Part shown: positions 10,009 to 18,676 of the stretch, in pieces
Layout of the letters: each line of letters starts with the position of its first letter
Position numbering within the stretch: the first letter of the stretch is position 1
Virus record (IMG/VR): IMGVR_UViG_3300025677_000006
Location: 1 to 64,000 of that record
Reading direction: 5' to 3' (one strand)
Origin: a virus
Length of the DNA: 64,000 bases
Position numbers and translations under genes: made by a program
The notes under the pieces: generated by a model
What the model saw: the letters and a program-made list of their open reading frames with translations, nothing else
The model's database searches: none
Told to the model about the DNA's origin: nothing

Positions 10009-10482
10009 ATGAAAATTTTAATCAAATATCATAATCCTAATTGTAAAATTGAATCACATGGTAATTGGTTTGATTTAAAATCATCAATTGATATTGAATT
10101 AAATGAATTTGAACATGCATTAATACCATTGGGAGTATCAATGAAATTACCAAAATATTATCAGGGTAGTGTTGTTCCTAGAAGTGGAACTTTTTCTAAA
10201 TTCGGTGTAATTCAAGGAAATCATTACGGAGTGGTTGACGGTCCTGATAAACACACGGATGGTTATTCGGGTAATAACGATATTTGGAAATTTAGTGCTA
10301 TTGCATTAAGGTCAACAAAAATATCAACTGGTGATAGAATTTGTCAGTTTGAAATAAGACCTACAATGAAAGCACCTTGGTGGGCTAAACTTAAATGGAT
10401 TTTTGATAATAAAATTGAATTTATTGAAGTTGATAAATTAAATTCAAAAGATAGGGGTGGTTTTGGTAGTACGGGTAAATAA
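10009..10482 (+). CDS. dut: dUTPase-family protein (dUTPase / dCTP deaminase-like)
   Basis: Motifs VPRSGTFSKFG (the PRSG motif), a GVVDGPD...GYSG core, and GDRICQFEIRP. The upstream ATG at 9913 would add a hydrophobic leader, so the start at 10009 is preferred. Confidence 0.6.
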   Translation: MKILIKYHNPNCKIESHGNWFDLKSSIDIELNEFEHALIPLGVSMKLPKYYQGSVVPRSGTFSKFGVIQGNHYGVVDGPDKHTDGYSGNNDIWKFSAIALRSTKISTGDRICQFEIRPTMKAPWWAKLKWIFDNKIEFIEVDKLNSKDRGGFGSTGK

Positions 10483-10508
10483 AAACATAAAACAAAAAAA
10501 ATAAAAGC

Positions 10509-11579
10509 ATGAAACAATATATAAATTTAGTTAATAATATTTTAAAAAATGGTGTTGAAAAAGAAAGTGGTAGGGCTAATATGCCAAACACTTTAGAAAT
10601 TTCAAAAAGTTCTATAAAAATGGATTTGAAAAACGGATTTCCATTACTAACAACAAAAAAAATGTATTGGAAGGGTATTGTACATGAATTATTATGGTTT
10701 TTACGTGGTGATACCAATATTAAATATTTAGTTAATAATAATGTTAACATATGGAATGATGATGCCTATAGGTGGTATAATGATAAATATGTTAAATTAG
10801 GCGCACCTATAATATCTTTTGATGAATTTATTGATAATGTAAAAAGAGGAAAAAAAACAAAAGTTAATAACCCAAACCCAACTAAAGAACATCCATATGA
10901 AAGATATGTAACATATACATATGGTGATTTGGATAAAGTTTATGGTTATCAATGGAGAAATCAAAATGGTATTGACCAAGTTAAAGATGTTATTGATGGT
11001 TTAAAAAATAATCCATATAGTCGTTATCATATTATAAATGCTTGGAATAAATCTGATTTTAATAACATGGCATTACCACCTTGTCATTTACTTTATCATT
11101 TTATTGTAAGACCATTAACGAAAAAAGAACGCATTAAATATGCAGTAAAAGAATTAAAATTACCAAAAATGTTATTTGAAACAAATTTAGATTTATTGGA
11201 AACAAATAACATACCCAAATTTTATCTTGATTTAAACATGTATCAACGTTCATGTGATGTTGCGCTTGGTGTTCCATATAATTTAGCATCAATGAGTTTA
11301 TTATTAATGTTAATGGCAAAAGCATGTAATATGATTCCAAGTGTTGCTATATGGATTGGTGGATGTACACATATTTATCTTAATCATATTGAAAATATTA
11401 AAAATCAAACAAAAAGAAAGCCCTTTGAATTACCGAAAATGAAAATTAATAAAAATTTAAACACACTTGAAGATATAACAAATTTAACAATTGATGATTT
11501 TGAATTGGTAAATTATCAATCACATTCTAAAATAAATTTTGAATTGTTTGTTGGATTATCTAAAGACCAAAAAAAGTAA
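10509..11579 (+). CDS. thyA: Thymidylate synthase (ThyA family) with two insertions
   Basis: N-terminus MKQYINLVNNIL..GFPLLTTKKMYWKGIVHELLWFLRGDTNIKYL aligns with E. coli ThyA (MKQYLELMQKVL...[32 protein letters not shown]). Catalytic motifs ALPPCH and YQRSCDVALGVPYNLAS are present. The Asn in PYN indicates dUMP specificity. Insertions of about 60 aa and about 40 aa give 356 aa in total. Confidence 0.9.
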   Translation: MKQYINLVNNILKNGVEKESGRANMPNTLEISKSSIKMDLKNGFPLLTTKKMYWKGIVHELLWFLRGDTNIKYLVNNNVNIWNDDAYRWYNDKYVKLGAPIISFDEFIDNVKRGKKTKVNNPNPTKEHPYERYVTYTYGDLDKVYGYQWRNQNGIDQVKDVIDGLKNNPYSRYHIINAWNKSDFNNMALPPCHLLYHFIVRPLTKKERIKYAVKELKLPKMLFETNLDLLETNNIPKFYLDLNMYQRSCDVALGVPYNLASMSLLLMLMAKACNMIPSVAIWIGGCTHIYLNHIENIKNQTKRKPFELPKMKINKNLNTLEDITNLTIDDFELVNYQSHSKINFELFVGLSKDQKK

Positions 11580-11603
11580 TTAAAATTTGAATTAATTTAA
11601 TGA

Positions 11604-11861
11604 ATGACAATAATATGCATTATATTAATTATTTTATTAATATTAATAATTCTATTTCTTTCAATAGGATTATTTCTTTTTATAAAAAAAAGCATTTATT
11701 TATCTAATAAAGAAAAAGAATATATTAAATTTGTTATTGATATTTTCATTGAATTTGGTGATGATTTAGGTATTCAATCAGAAGACCAACACAAAATATT
11801 ATCAGAAGAATTGAATAAAATTAAGAATAAACATTTGTTAAATAATGGGGAAAAATTATAA
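11604..11861 (+). CDS. Small hydrophobic protein
   Basis: 85 aa, very hydrophobic N-terminus (IICIILIILLILIILFLSIGLFLFI). Confidence 0.3.
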   Translation: MTIICIILIILLILIILFLSIGLFLFIKKSIYLSNKEKEYIKFVIDIFIEFGDDLGIQSEDQHKILSEELNKIKNKHLLNNGEKL

Positions 11862-12447
11862 TGCGGTTGATGAATATTATAAAATTAATCATCAAAATGA
11901 ATTTATAATGTGTCATTATTTGAATAAAAACATGCCACTTTTTTTTGTTAAATGTGGTATTTTTTTTGAAATTCAATGTGAAAATCAATACAATAAAAAC
12001 GATATTATATTAATACAAATTAGTGGTGATAGAAAAAAGAAATTGATATGTGAATATGCCACAACACAAAAAGAATGGGATTATGAATTACCTAGAACAT
12101 ATTGGAAGGCACTAAATTTAATAGCAAGAAAAGATTACGGTAATAATTTTTCGTTATTTATTAAATCATCACCAACATTTAATAGTTTATTTGCAATAGA
12201 TTGTAGAGATAATTTTATTCAAAAAAATTTTAATCATATTGAAAAATTAAATCATTCGCTTTCTTTTGAAACGGATGATGATTTTTATAGAATATATTGG
12301 AATGATGTTGAAAAATATAAATATTGTGATGATAAAGAAAATAAAACATTAAAAAATGGTGAGATTTGTATTGTTGAGTTTAACGATTGGCAACCATTTT
12401 ATTCATTTATTTGGAGAAGATTTATAAAAAATAAAATTAAACTCTAA
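11845..12447 (+). CDS. Hypothetical protein
   Basis: 200-aa ORF. Confidence 0.4.
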   Translation: MGKNYNAVDEYYKINHQNEFIMCHYLNKNMPLFFVKCGIFFEIQCENQYNKNDIILIQISGDRKKKLICEYATTQKEWDYELPRTYWKALNLIARKDYGNNFSLFIKSSPTFNSLFAIDCRDNFIQKNFNHIEKLNHSLSFETDDDFYRIYWNDVEKYKYCDDKENKTLKNGEICIVEFNDWQPFYSFIWRRFIKNKIKL

Positions 12448-13000
12448 ATTCTCCATGTTCACCACCTTCGAATAATGCGACAACATCACTACGCACTGGA
12501 ACTGCCGTTACACGTTTCCAATATGGTTTAAATCCACCAATTGTTTTAGTTGTTTCATCGGTAACATTATTAGCATTTTCAACTTCATAAAATCTATTTT
12601 TTTCACCACTCATGTTATACATAACAATATCGCCCCTATCAATATCAATTTTTTTATCTTCCAATTCTTTTAAATAAACACCAAAAATCAAACTACCCGT
12701 ATCATCACGAACAATACCGCTTTGATTATTACCATAATATTCTTGCTTACTTTGTTCAACATTAACCATAACGGACAATCTTACTGGTGGTAAATATTTT
12801 TTATCTTTTGCTTTTGCTTGACCATAAAGGTCATGTGTTTTACTTTCAATAACATTTATTTTATATAGTATAATTTCTTGAGCATTATCTGTTTGTAAAT
12901 AATTTCTACCATACATAATATCCAAATCAAATGAATTATTGTTCATAAATAAACCCATTCGATTTGATTCTAGGTCAATAAATTGTTTTCTTTTTTTCAT
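12437..13000 (-). CDS. Hypothetical protein
   Basis: 187-aa ORF. Confidence 0.45.
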   Translation of the reverse strand: MKKRKQFIDLESNRMGLFMNNNSFDLDIMYGRNYLQTDNAQEIILYKINVIESKTHDLYGQAKAKDKKYLPPVRLSVMVNVEQSKQEYYGNNQSGIVRDDTGSLIFGVYLKELEDKKIDIDRGDIVMYNMSGEKNRFYEVENANNVTDETTKTIGGFKPYWKRVTAVPVRSDVVALFEGGEHGEFRV

Positions 13001-13228
13001 ATAAAAAAATATCTTTTATATAAATACAAATGATAAATATAAAAAATTTGGTGAAAACAATCCAATGAAAAATAGGGAAAATGTTATTAAAATGAAAAAA
13101 ACAAAAAAAGAAAGATATGGTAATGAGAATTATAATAATAGATAATTATTTATAAAAAAAAGTTTAGAAAAATAATGTCATCATTGAATTATTATCATAT
13201 TTATGATTGTGGAATATGAAATTCAAAC

Positions 13229-14350
13229 TTAAATTACAATAATAGGATATTGTAAAGGTTGAAAACCACGTTCCCTATTAACATTTTCTGCAATTTTCGC
13301 ACGTTCTTCCGTTAAATTAACCTGACTTATTTTATCCAATTGTTCAATAATAAATCTTTCAGTGTCTTCTTTAAGTTTTGTACCTTCTTCAAGTAAATGA
13401 CGATAATCCATTGTTAGTTGTTTTTCACTAACACCCAATTCACCACTATAAAATCCTCTAACACCACCAATAACAATTTTCACTTGAGCAATTAATAAAT
13501 TTCTTATTTGTTGTTGTGCAACATCATTCATATCTTCCCATTTTAATACTTTTGTTGGTGGGTCTGATGGTAATCTTACGACATCATCATTTTCTTCAAG
13601 ACATCTATCTCTATCTTTACCATTGTTTGTATCATAATACCAATACCATACTTTTCTACCAGCATAATGTTTTCCCCAACTATTTGCAATTTCATATCTA
13701 TCATTTGGTACTGGATATAAATGTAATAATTTTTCACCAGTTTCTAATCCTGTAATTCTATATGTTAAAATTGATTGTAATACTCTTTGTTTCATTCTAC
13801 GGTCTTGTGCTGCCAATAATGTTGAAAATGTTGGTTGAACATATAATGCAGGACGACCTAAATAAGACATACCCATTAATCCAGAACTCCAAGCATTTAA
13901 TGCAAATGGGTCTACTAGACCACCATCAATAATTGGTGGTGTTTCCCATAAAACTTCATTAACTTCACGACCTTTAGGTATTAAATAGTGTTGTGTGTTT
14001 TCTTCAGTTATAATAAAATCTCTTTTTAATTCCCAACCTTTTGCTCCTGGTGCATTTGTACCTAATCCCAATTGTTTAGAATAAGCATATGTAAAACTTT
14101 TCATATATGCATTGGATTTATGAGTAAATGCAGCCAAAAAATCACTATTTTCCCTATTTAATCCTTCCAAACTAACCCATTGTTGTTTAATTAACCAATT
14201 ATTAACTAACGAAGAATAATCTTCAATAACAATTTCAAGATATGAATCCATCATTTCATTAGTTATTTCAAAAGGTCTTAATGGATATCCTAAAACATGT
14301 TTAACTTTTAAATAAAGTTTATTTTTTTCTGTTGTTGATATAAGTGCCAT
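13229..14350 (-). CDS. Hypothetical protein (possibly virion structural)
   Basis: 373-aa ORF, no diagnostic motif. Confidence 0.5.
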   Translation of the reverse strand: MALISTTEKNKLYLKVKHVLGYPLRPFEITNEMMDSYLEIVIEDYSSLVNNWLIKQQWVSLEGLNRENSDFLAAFTHKSNAYMKSFTYAYSKQLGLGTNAPGAKGWELKRDFIITEENTQHYLIPKGREVNEVLWETPPIIDGGLVDPFALNAWSSGLMGMSYLGRPALYVQPTFSTLLAAQDRRMKQRVLQSILTYRITGLETGEKLLHLYPVPNDRYEIANSWGKHYAGRKVWYWYYDTNNGKDRDRCLEENDDVVRLPSDPPTKVLKWEDMNDVAQQQIRNLLIAQVKIVIGGVRGFYSGELGVSEKQLTMDYRHLLEEGTKLKEDTERFIIEQLDKISQVNLTEERAKIAENVNRERGFQPLQYPIIVI

Positions 14351-14394
14351 ATTTATAATTTAATAATTGGATTATTTAAATTTATTTCTTTAAT

Positions 14395-14402
14395 ATAAAT
14401 AC
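14395..14402 (+). promoter_or_regulatory. T4 late-promoter-like TATAAATA box upstream of 14450 gene
   Basis: Exact TATAAATA about 48 nt upstream of the ATG at 14450. Confidence 0.3.
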
Positions 14403-14449
14403 TAAAAATTGCTATAATTAGTTGTCTTATTAGAATTAATAATATATAT

Positions 14450-14938
14450 TTGCATTATATTATTTTTATTATGTTTAATATTGAATATGATATTACATTA
14501 AATGAAAATGGTAGACCTTGTGTGGATTTATCAAATGATTATGAAAATAATCCAGAAGATAGATTTTTTGCAATAGAATTAACAAGATATTTATTGGAAA
14601 AAATATATGTTGAAAAGAATGATAAGTTTTCTGAAAATGCAATTAAACACATGAATAATACTATTAAACTATTAGGACAAATAAGTGATGAAATTGCAAA
14701 AATTTTATGGAATAATATGAAAGATAAAGGAGATATTGCATTTTCTTTGAATTCAAATTATCACATACAGGTGGAAAATATTGAAGAATTGTATAATTTA
14801 GATATGAAATATATATATTATAACAATAAAATTTTTGAAAGAAAAGAAGGATTAACTGTTTTGGTTCTTAATGAAATGAAAACATATAAATTAAAAAATG
14901 GGATTTTAAACAATAATTGGATTTCTACAAATGATTAA
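14450..14938 (+). CDS. Hypothetical protein
   Basis: 162-aa ORF. Confidence 0.4.
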   Translation: MHYIIFIMFNIEYDITLNENGRPCVDLSNDYENNPEDRFFAIELTRYLLEKIYVEKNDKFSENAIKHMNNTIKLLGQISDEIAKILWNNMKDKGDIAFSLNSNYHIQVENIEELYNLDMKYIYYNNKIFERKEGLTVLVLNEMKTYKLKNGILNNNWISTND

Positions 14939-17900
14939 TAAACCAACAAAAGAACAAGAAAGAATATTTTTATTTACAAAAAAAAGACCTGAAAATATTT
15001 TAATAAAAGCATATGCTGGTACAGGTAAATGTCTTGGATATGATACACCAGTATTGATGTATGATGGAACAATAAAAAGGGTTCAAGATATAAAAATTGG
15101 TGATTTTTTAATGGGTGATGATTCATCGCCTCGTAAAGTATTGAATAAAAATATTGGATATGGTAAACTATATAAAATAAAAAATGAAATAGGATATTCT
15201 TGGGTTTGTAATGATGTTCATGTAATTACACATTACAATGAAATTTCTAAAATTTTGTTAGATACACCACTAAATGAACTCAAATATTCAAAAAAATGGA
15301 ATGGTTATTTAAAAAATATTAAATTAAAAAAATCCATTGTTGAATTTCAAGAAAATAAAACAGAAATAAATCCATATTTATTAGGATTATGGTTAGGATA
15401 TAATTTAAAAAATAATATAAAACAATTTTTATTTGTCGATTTTAGGTTAACAAGAAAAATAATAGAAAAATTGTTGGAGTTAAAAGATAATTCTTTTTTT
15501 GTTTTAAATAAAACAAGTGTTTGTTTAAATAAAAAATATGAAAAGGGTTTTTATTCCGATGATTTTCAAAAGTGTATTATTTTTAATATTGATAAAAACA
15601 AAAAGAATATTCATTTATCAATACCAGACAAATATCTAATAAATTCTATTGAAAATAGAAAAAAAATCTTGGCGGGTATTTTTGATGTTTATTATAATAA
15701 AAAAAACAGGACATCCAAACTAACAATAATTTCAAAAAGGAAAATAGTTAATTTGAAATTTTTATGTGAAAGTTTAGGTTTTATATATAAAGAGAAAAAG
15801 ATATTTTCTTTTCGAAATAACATTTTTTGGAAAATTGACATTAATGGAAATACTAGCATATTACCTTTAGTATATAAAAGAAAACAAAAAACAAATTACA
15901 ATAATTTATTTTCTTTTAAAATAAAAGAAAATATTATATCACAAGGTTTATATTTTGGATTTACTTTAAATGGTAATGGTAGATTTTTATTGGGTGATTT
16001 TACAATCACACACAATACTTCAACCATAGTTGATGCAGTAAAATTATTACCTAAAGATAAATCTATTATGTTTTTAGCGTTCAATAAACACATACAAGAA
16101 GAATTAAAAACAAAATTACCCGAATATGTTAGATGTTATACAACTTATGGTTTAGGTACGTCTGCAATTAAAAGAAAATATGGTGATAAAATACAATTCG
16201 ATGAATTTAAAATTGATAAAATAATACAATCAAAATCAAAAAATTGGAAATTAAACGATGAATTTGATGATAACGATGATATTTCTTTATATTTAAATAA
16301 TATAAAAAAAATGGTTAATTTATGTAGATTAACATTAACAACAAATTCAGAATTTATTCCAAATATTGCTGAAAAATATAATATACCAATTAAAGAAAAT
16401 AAAGATATTAAAAGAATATTAAAAATATTAGAAGAATCAACAATTGATAGAAAAAATTATGATTTTATTGATATGATATATTTACCAGCAATAGATAGTA
16501 GTATTTGGATGTTTCCTCAAGATTATATTTTTATTGATGAAGTTCAAGATTTAAATCGTTGTCAAATAAAAATTGTAGAAAAATTAATAAAAAAAGATAA
16601 AACTACTGGTAAATATATAGGTAGATTAATATCTGTTGGTGATTATTATCAATGTCAACCTAAAGGAACAAAAATATTAATGAATGATAATACAGAAAAG
16701 GATATTGAAAATTTAAATGTTGGTGATTTAATTATTTCTTACGATAGAAAAAGTAATTCCTTTATTAAAAGTAAAATTAACAATATTGGTTGTAGGTATT
16801 ATAATGGAAATTTAATAAAAATAATTTCAAGAGGATGTGAATCTAAATATACACCAGAACATAAATGTTTGGTTAAAATAAAAAAAACAAAACAATTACA
16901 ATTTGTATTGTGTTTGTTTGAATTGATGGATGAAACTCAACACATACGTATATTCACAATAAGAAATGAGATTGATTTTTTTAAAATTTTTAAGAATAAA
17001 AGTGATGTTAATAAAATTTGGATTTTAAAATCGTACTATTCTTTGTATTATGCATATAAAGATGCTAATTATTATTTAGCAAATAAAGATAAAATATTTA
17101 ATGATTTTAATAAAAATTCAAACTACCCGATATGGAATTCTAATTGGAATATGGATTATAATCAAAATTTTTTAGAAATATATGCAATTAATATTATTCC
17201 AGATTTAATGCAAATTTGCAGTTTAAATGCAAATTTGCACAACATTCAAAAAATATATGAATTAAAATATGAAAAATATTCTGGTTTAGTTTATTCTTTA
17301 GAAATTGATAAATACGAAACATATGTTGCTGATAATATATTAACACATAATTGTATATATGGATTTAATGCAGCAGATGAAAAAGCGTTTGAATGGTTTA
17401 GTAAATTCCCAAATACTAAAACACTACCATTATCAACGTCATTCAGATGTTCAAAAAATGTAATAAAAAAAGCACAAGAAATTGTACCTGATATAAAAGC
17501 ACTACCCAATGCACCTGATGGTATTGTAAGGGATGGTAATGTTTTAAAAGAAGCAGAAAGTGGTGATTTTGTTTTATGTAGAACAACAATACCATTAATT
17601 AAATTATTTTTTGAATTTTTAGAACAAGAAAAAAAAGCAATTGTGAAAGGTTCTGATATTGGTGTTCAGTTAATTGAATTAATTGGTGATATTAAATCTA
17701 TTGACAATTTAATTCTTTTTTGGGATAGAGAATTAATTAAATATAGAAAAGAATTAAAAAAGGAAGGTATTTTAAACCCAAATGAACATAGTGGTTATGT
17801 TACATTAGAAGATAAAGTAACAACATTACTTTTTTTAGCAAAATTATCAAATAGTATTGTTGATTTAAAAAATAAAATTGGTTTAATTTTTAGTGATGAA

Positions 17901-18101
17901 ATTCAAGGAATTTGCTTAAGTACAATACATAAAATAAAGGGTCTTGAAGCAAATAGGGTCTTTATAATAAGACCAGATTTATTACCAATGAAAACAACAA
18001 AAAATTGGGAATTTTTACAAGAAAAAAATTTAGAATATGTTGCATATACAAGAGCAAAAAATGAATTAATCTTTGATAGAAATTGGACAGATATCTCTTA
18101 A
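14931..18101 (+). CDS. UvrD-type SF1 DNA helicase interrupted by two inteins
   Basis: Walker A reads AYAGTGK|C...HN|TSTIV. Motif III reads VGDYYQ|C...HN|CIYGFNAADE (compare UvrD GDDDQSIYGWRGA). C-terminal motifs are STIHKIKGLEANRVFII and YVAYTRAKNEL. Removing the two inserts leaves an extein of about 494 aa. Confidence 0.8.
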   Translation: MINKPTKEQERIFLFTKKRPENILIKAYAGTGKCLGYDTPVLMYDGTIKRVQDIKIGDFLMGDDSSPRKVLNKNIGYGKLYKIKNEIGYSWVCNDVHVITHYNEISKILLDTPLNELKYSKKWNGYLKNIKLKKSIVEFQENKTEINPYLLGLWLGYNLKNNIKQFLFVDFRLTRKIIEKLLELKDNSFFVLNKTSVCLNKKYEKGFYSDDFQKCIIFNIDKNKKNIHLSIPDKYLINSIENRKKILAGIFDVYYNKKNRTSKLTIISKRKIVNLKFLCESLGFIYKEKKIFSFRNNIFWKIDINGNTSILPLVYKRKQKTNYNNLFSFKIKENIISQGLYFGFTLNGNGRFLLGDFTITHNTSTIVDAVKLLPKDKSIMFLAFNKHIQEELKTKLPEYVRCYTTYGLGTSAIKRKYGDKIQFDEFKIDKIIQSKSKNWKLNDEFDDNDDISLYLNNIKKMVNLCRLTLTTNSEFIPNIAEKYNIPIKENKDIKRILKILEESTIDRKNYDFIDMIYLPAIDSSIWMFPQDYIFIDEVQDLNRCQIKIVEKLIKKDKTTGKYIGRLISVGDYYQCQPKGTKILMNDNTEKDIENLNVGDLIISYDRKSNSFIKSKINNIGCRYYNGNLIKIISRGCESKYTPEHKCLVKIKKTKQLQFVLCLFELMDETQHIRIFTIRNEIDFFKIFKNKSDVNKIWILKSYYSLYYAYKDANYYLANKDKIFNDFNKNSNYPIWNSNWNMDYNQNFLEIYAINIIPDLMQICSLNANLHNIQKIYELKYEKYSGLVYSLEIDKYETYVADNILTHNCIYGFNAADEKAFEWFSKFPNTKTLPLSTSFRCSKNVIKKAQEIVPDIKALPNAPDGIVRDGNVLKEAESGDFVLCRTTIPLIKLFFEFLEQEKKAIVKGSDIGVQLIELIGDIKSIDNLILFWDRELIKYRKELKKEGILNPNEHSGYVTLEDKVTTLLFLAKLSNSIVDLKNKIGLIFSDEIQGICLSTIHKIKGLEANRVFIIRPDLLPMKTTKNWEFLQEKNLEYVAYTRAKNELIFDRNWTDIS
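15030..16016 (+). mobile_element. Intein 1 (~329 aa) inserted in helicase Walker A. Contains degenerate LAGLIDADG-like motifs.
   Basis: Starts with Cys right after GTGK and ends with HN before Thr(+1). Internal motifs YLLGLWLGYN and KILAGIFDVYY resemble LAGLIDADG, but with the acidic residues replaced. Confidence 0.7.
16653..17351 (+). mobile_element. Intein 2 (~233 aa) inserted in helicase motif III
   Basis: Starts CQPKG immediately after GDYYQ. Ends ILTHN, followed by Cys(+1) of CIYGF. Confidence 0.7.
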
Positions 18102-18113
18102 AATTTTAAATTT

Positions 18114-18386
18114 ATGGAATGGAAAGTAAATTTTGAAAAATATAGTGATAGAAGAATATTAGTTAAATTTAATCCCATAGAAAAAAATTTAACATTTATT
18201 GGTCAATATAAAATAAATAATAATTGGATAGATTTTTATAATGATGTCTTTTTATTAAATATAAATATTAACCAAATTGCTAATATTATGTATAAAATAC
18301 ATGAAAAATTAAATGAGTTGATTGATATTTATGAAAAATTATCGTTAGAATTGGAAAATTTTAAAACAATTGACTTTGTTGAATAA
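18114..18386 (+). CDS. Hypothetical protein
   Basis: 90-aa ORF. Confidence 0.35.
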   Translation: MEWKVNFEKYSDRRILVKFNPIEKNLTFIGQYKINNNWIDFYNDVFLLNININQIANIMYKIHEKLNELIDIYEKLSLELENFKTIDFVE

Positions 18387-18676
18387 TTTGTAACAATTTA
18401 AATTATTTATCGTATATTATAAAAATAATTAAATGATGGAAGAAACAAATAAAACCTTAAAAGAAGTATATAAGAATTCATCTGATGAAGTTAGAGAAAT
18501 TCTTAAAACTAATTGAATCTAATGTAAATGATATTAAAAATAAATTTCTTGAAATATTAAAAATATACTCTAAAAATATTATCTAAATGTTTATTATAAA
18601 GAGATATTAAATTATATTAGTTAAATTAATAATTTTTATAAGGTAAACCTGCTTATATATTCAAACCACTAATATT

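Noticed and set aside
10421-10750. Minus-strand 109-aa ORF overlapping dut 3' end and thyA 5' end
   Set aside because: It is entirely antisense to two genes with strong homology support, and its sequence is hydrophobic and low complexity.
13019-13026. Exact TATAAATA late-promoter box on plus strand
   Set aside because: No plus-strand gene lies within 1.4 kb downstream, and both neighbouring genes are on the minus strand. It is probably a chance match in AT-rich DNA.
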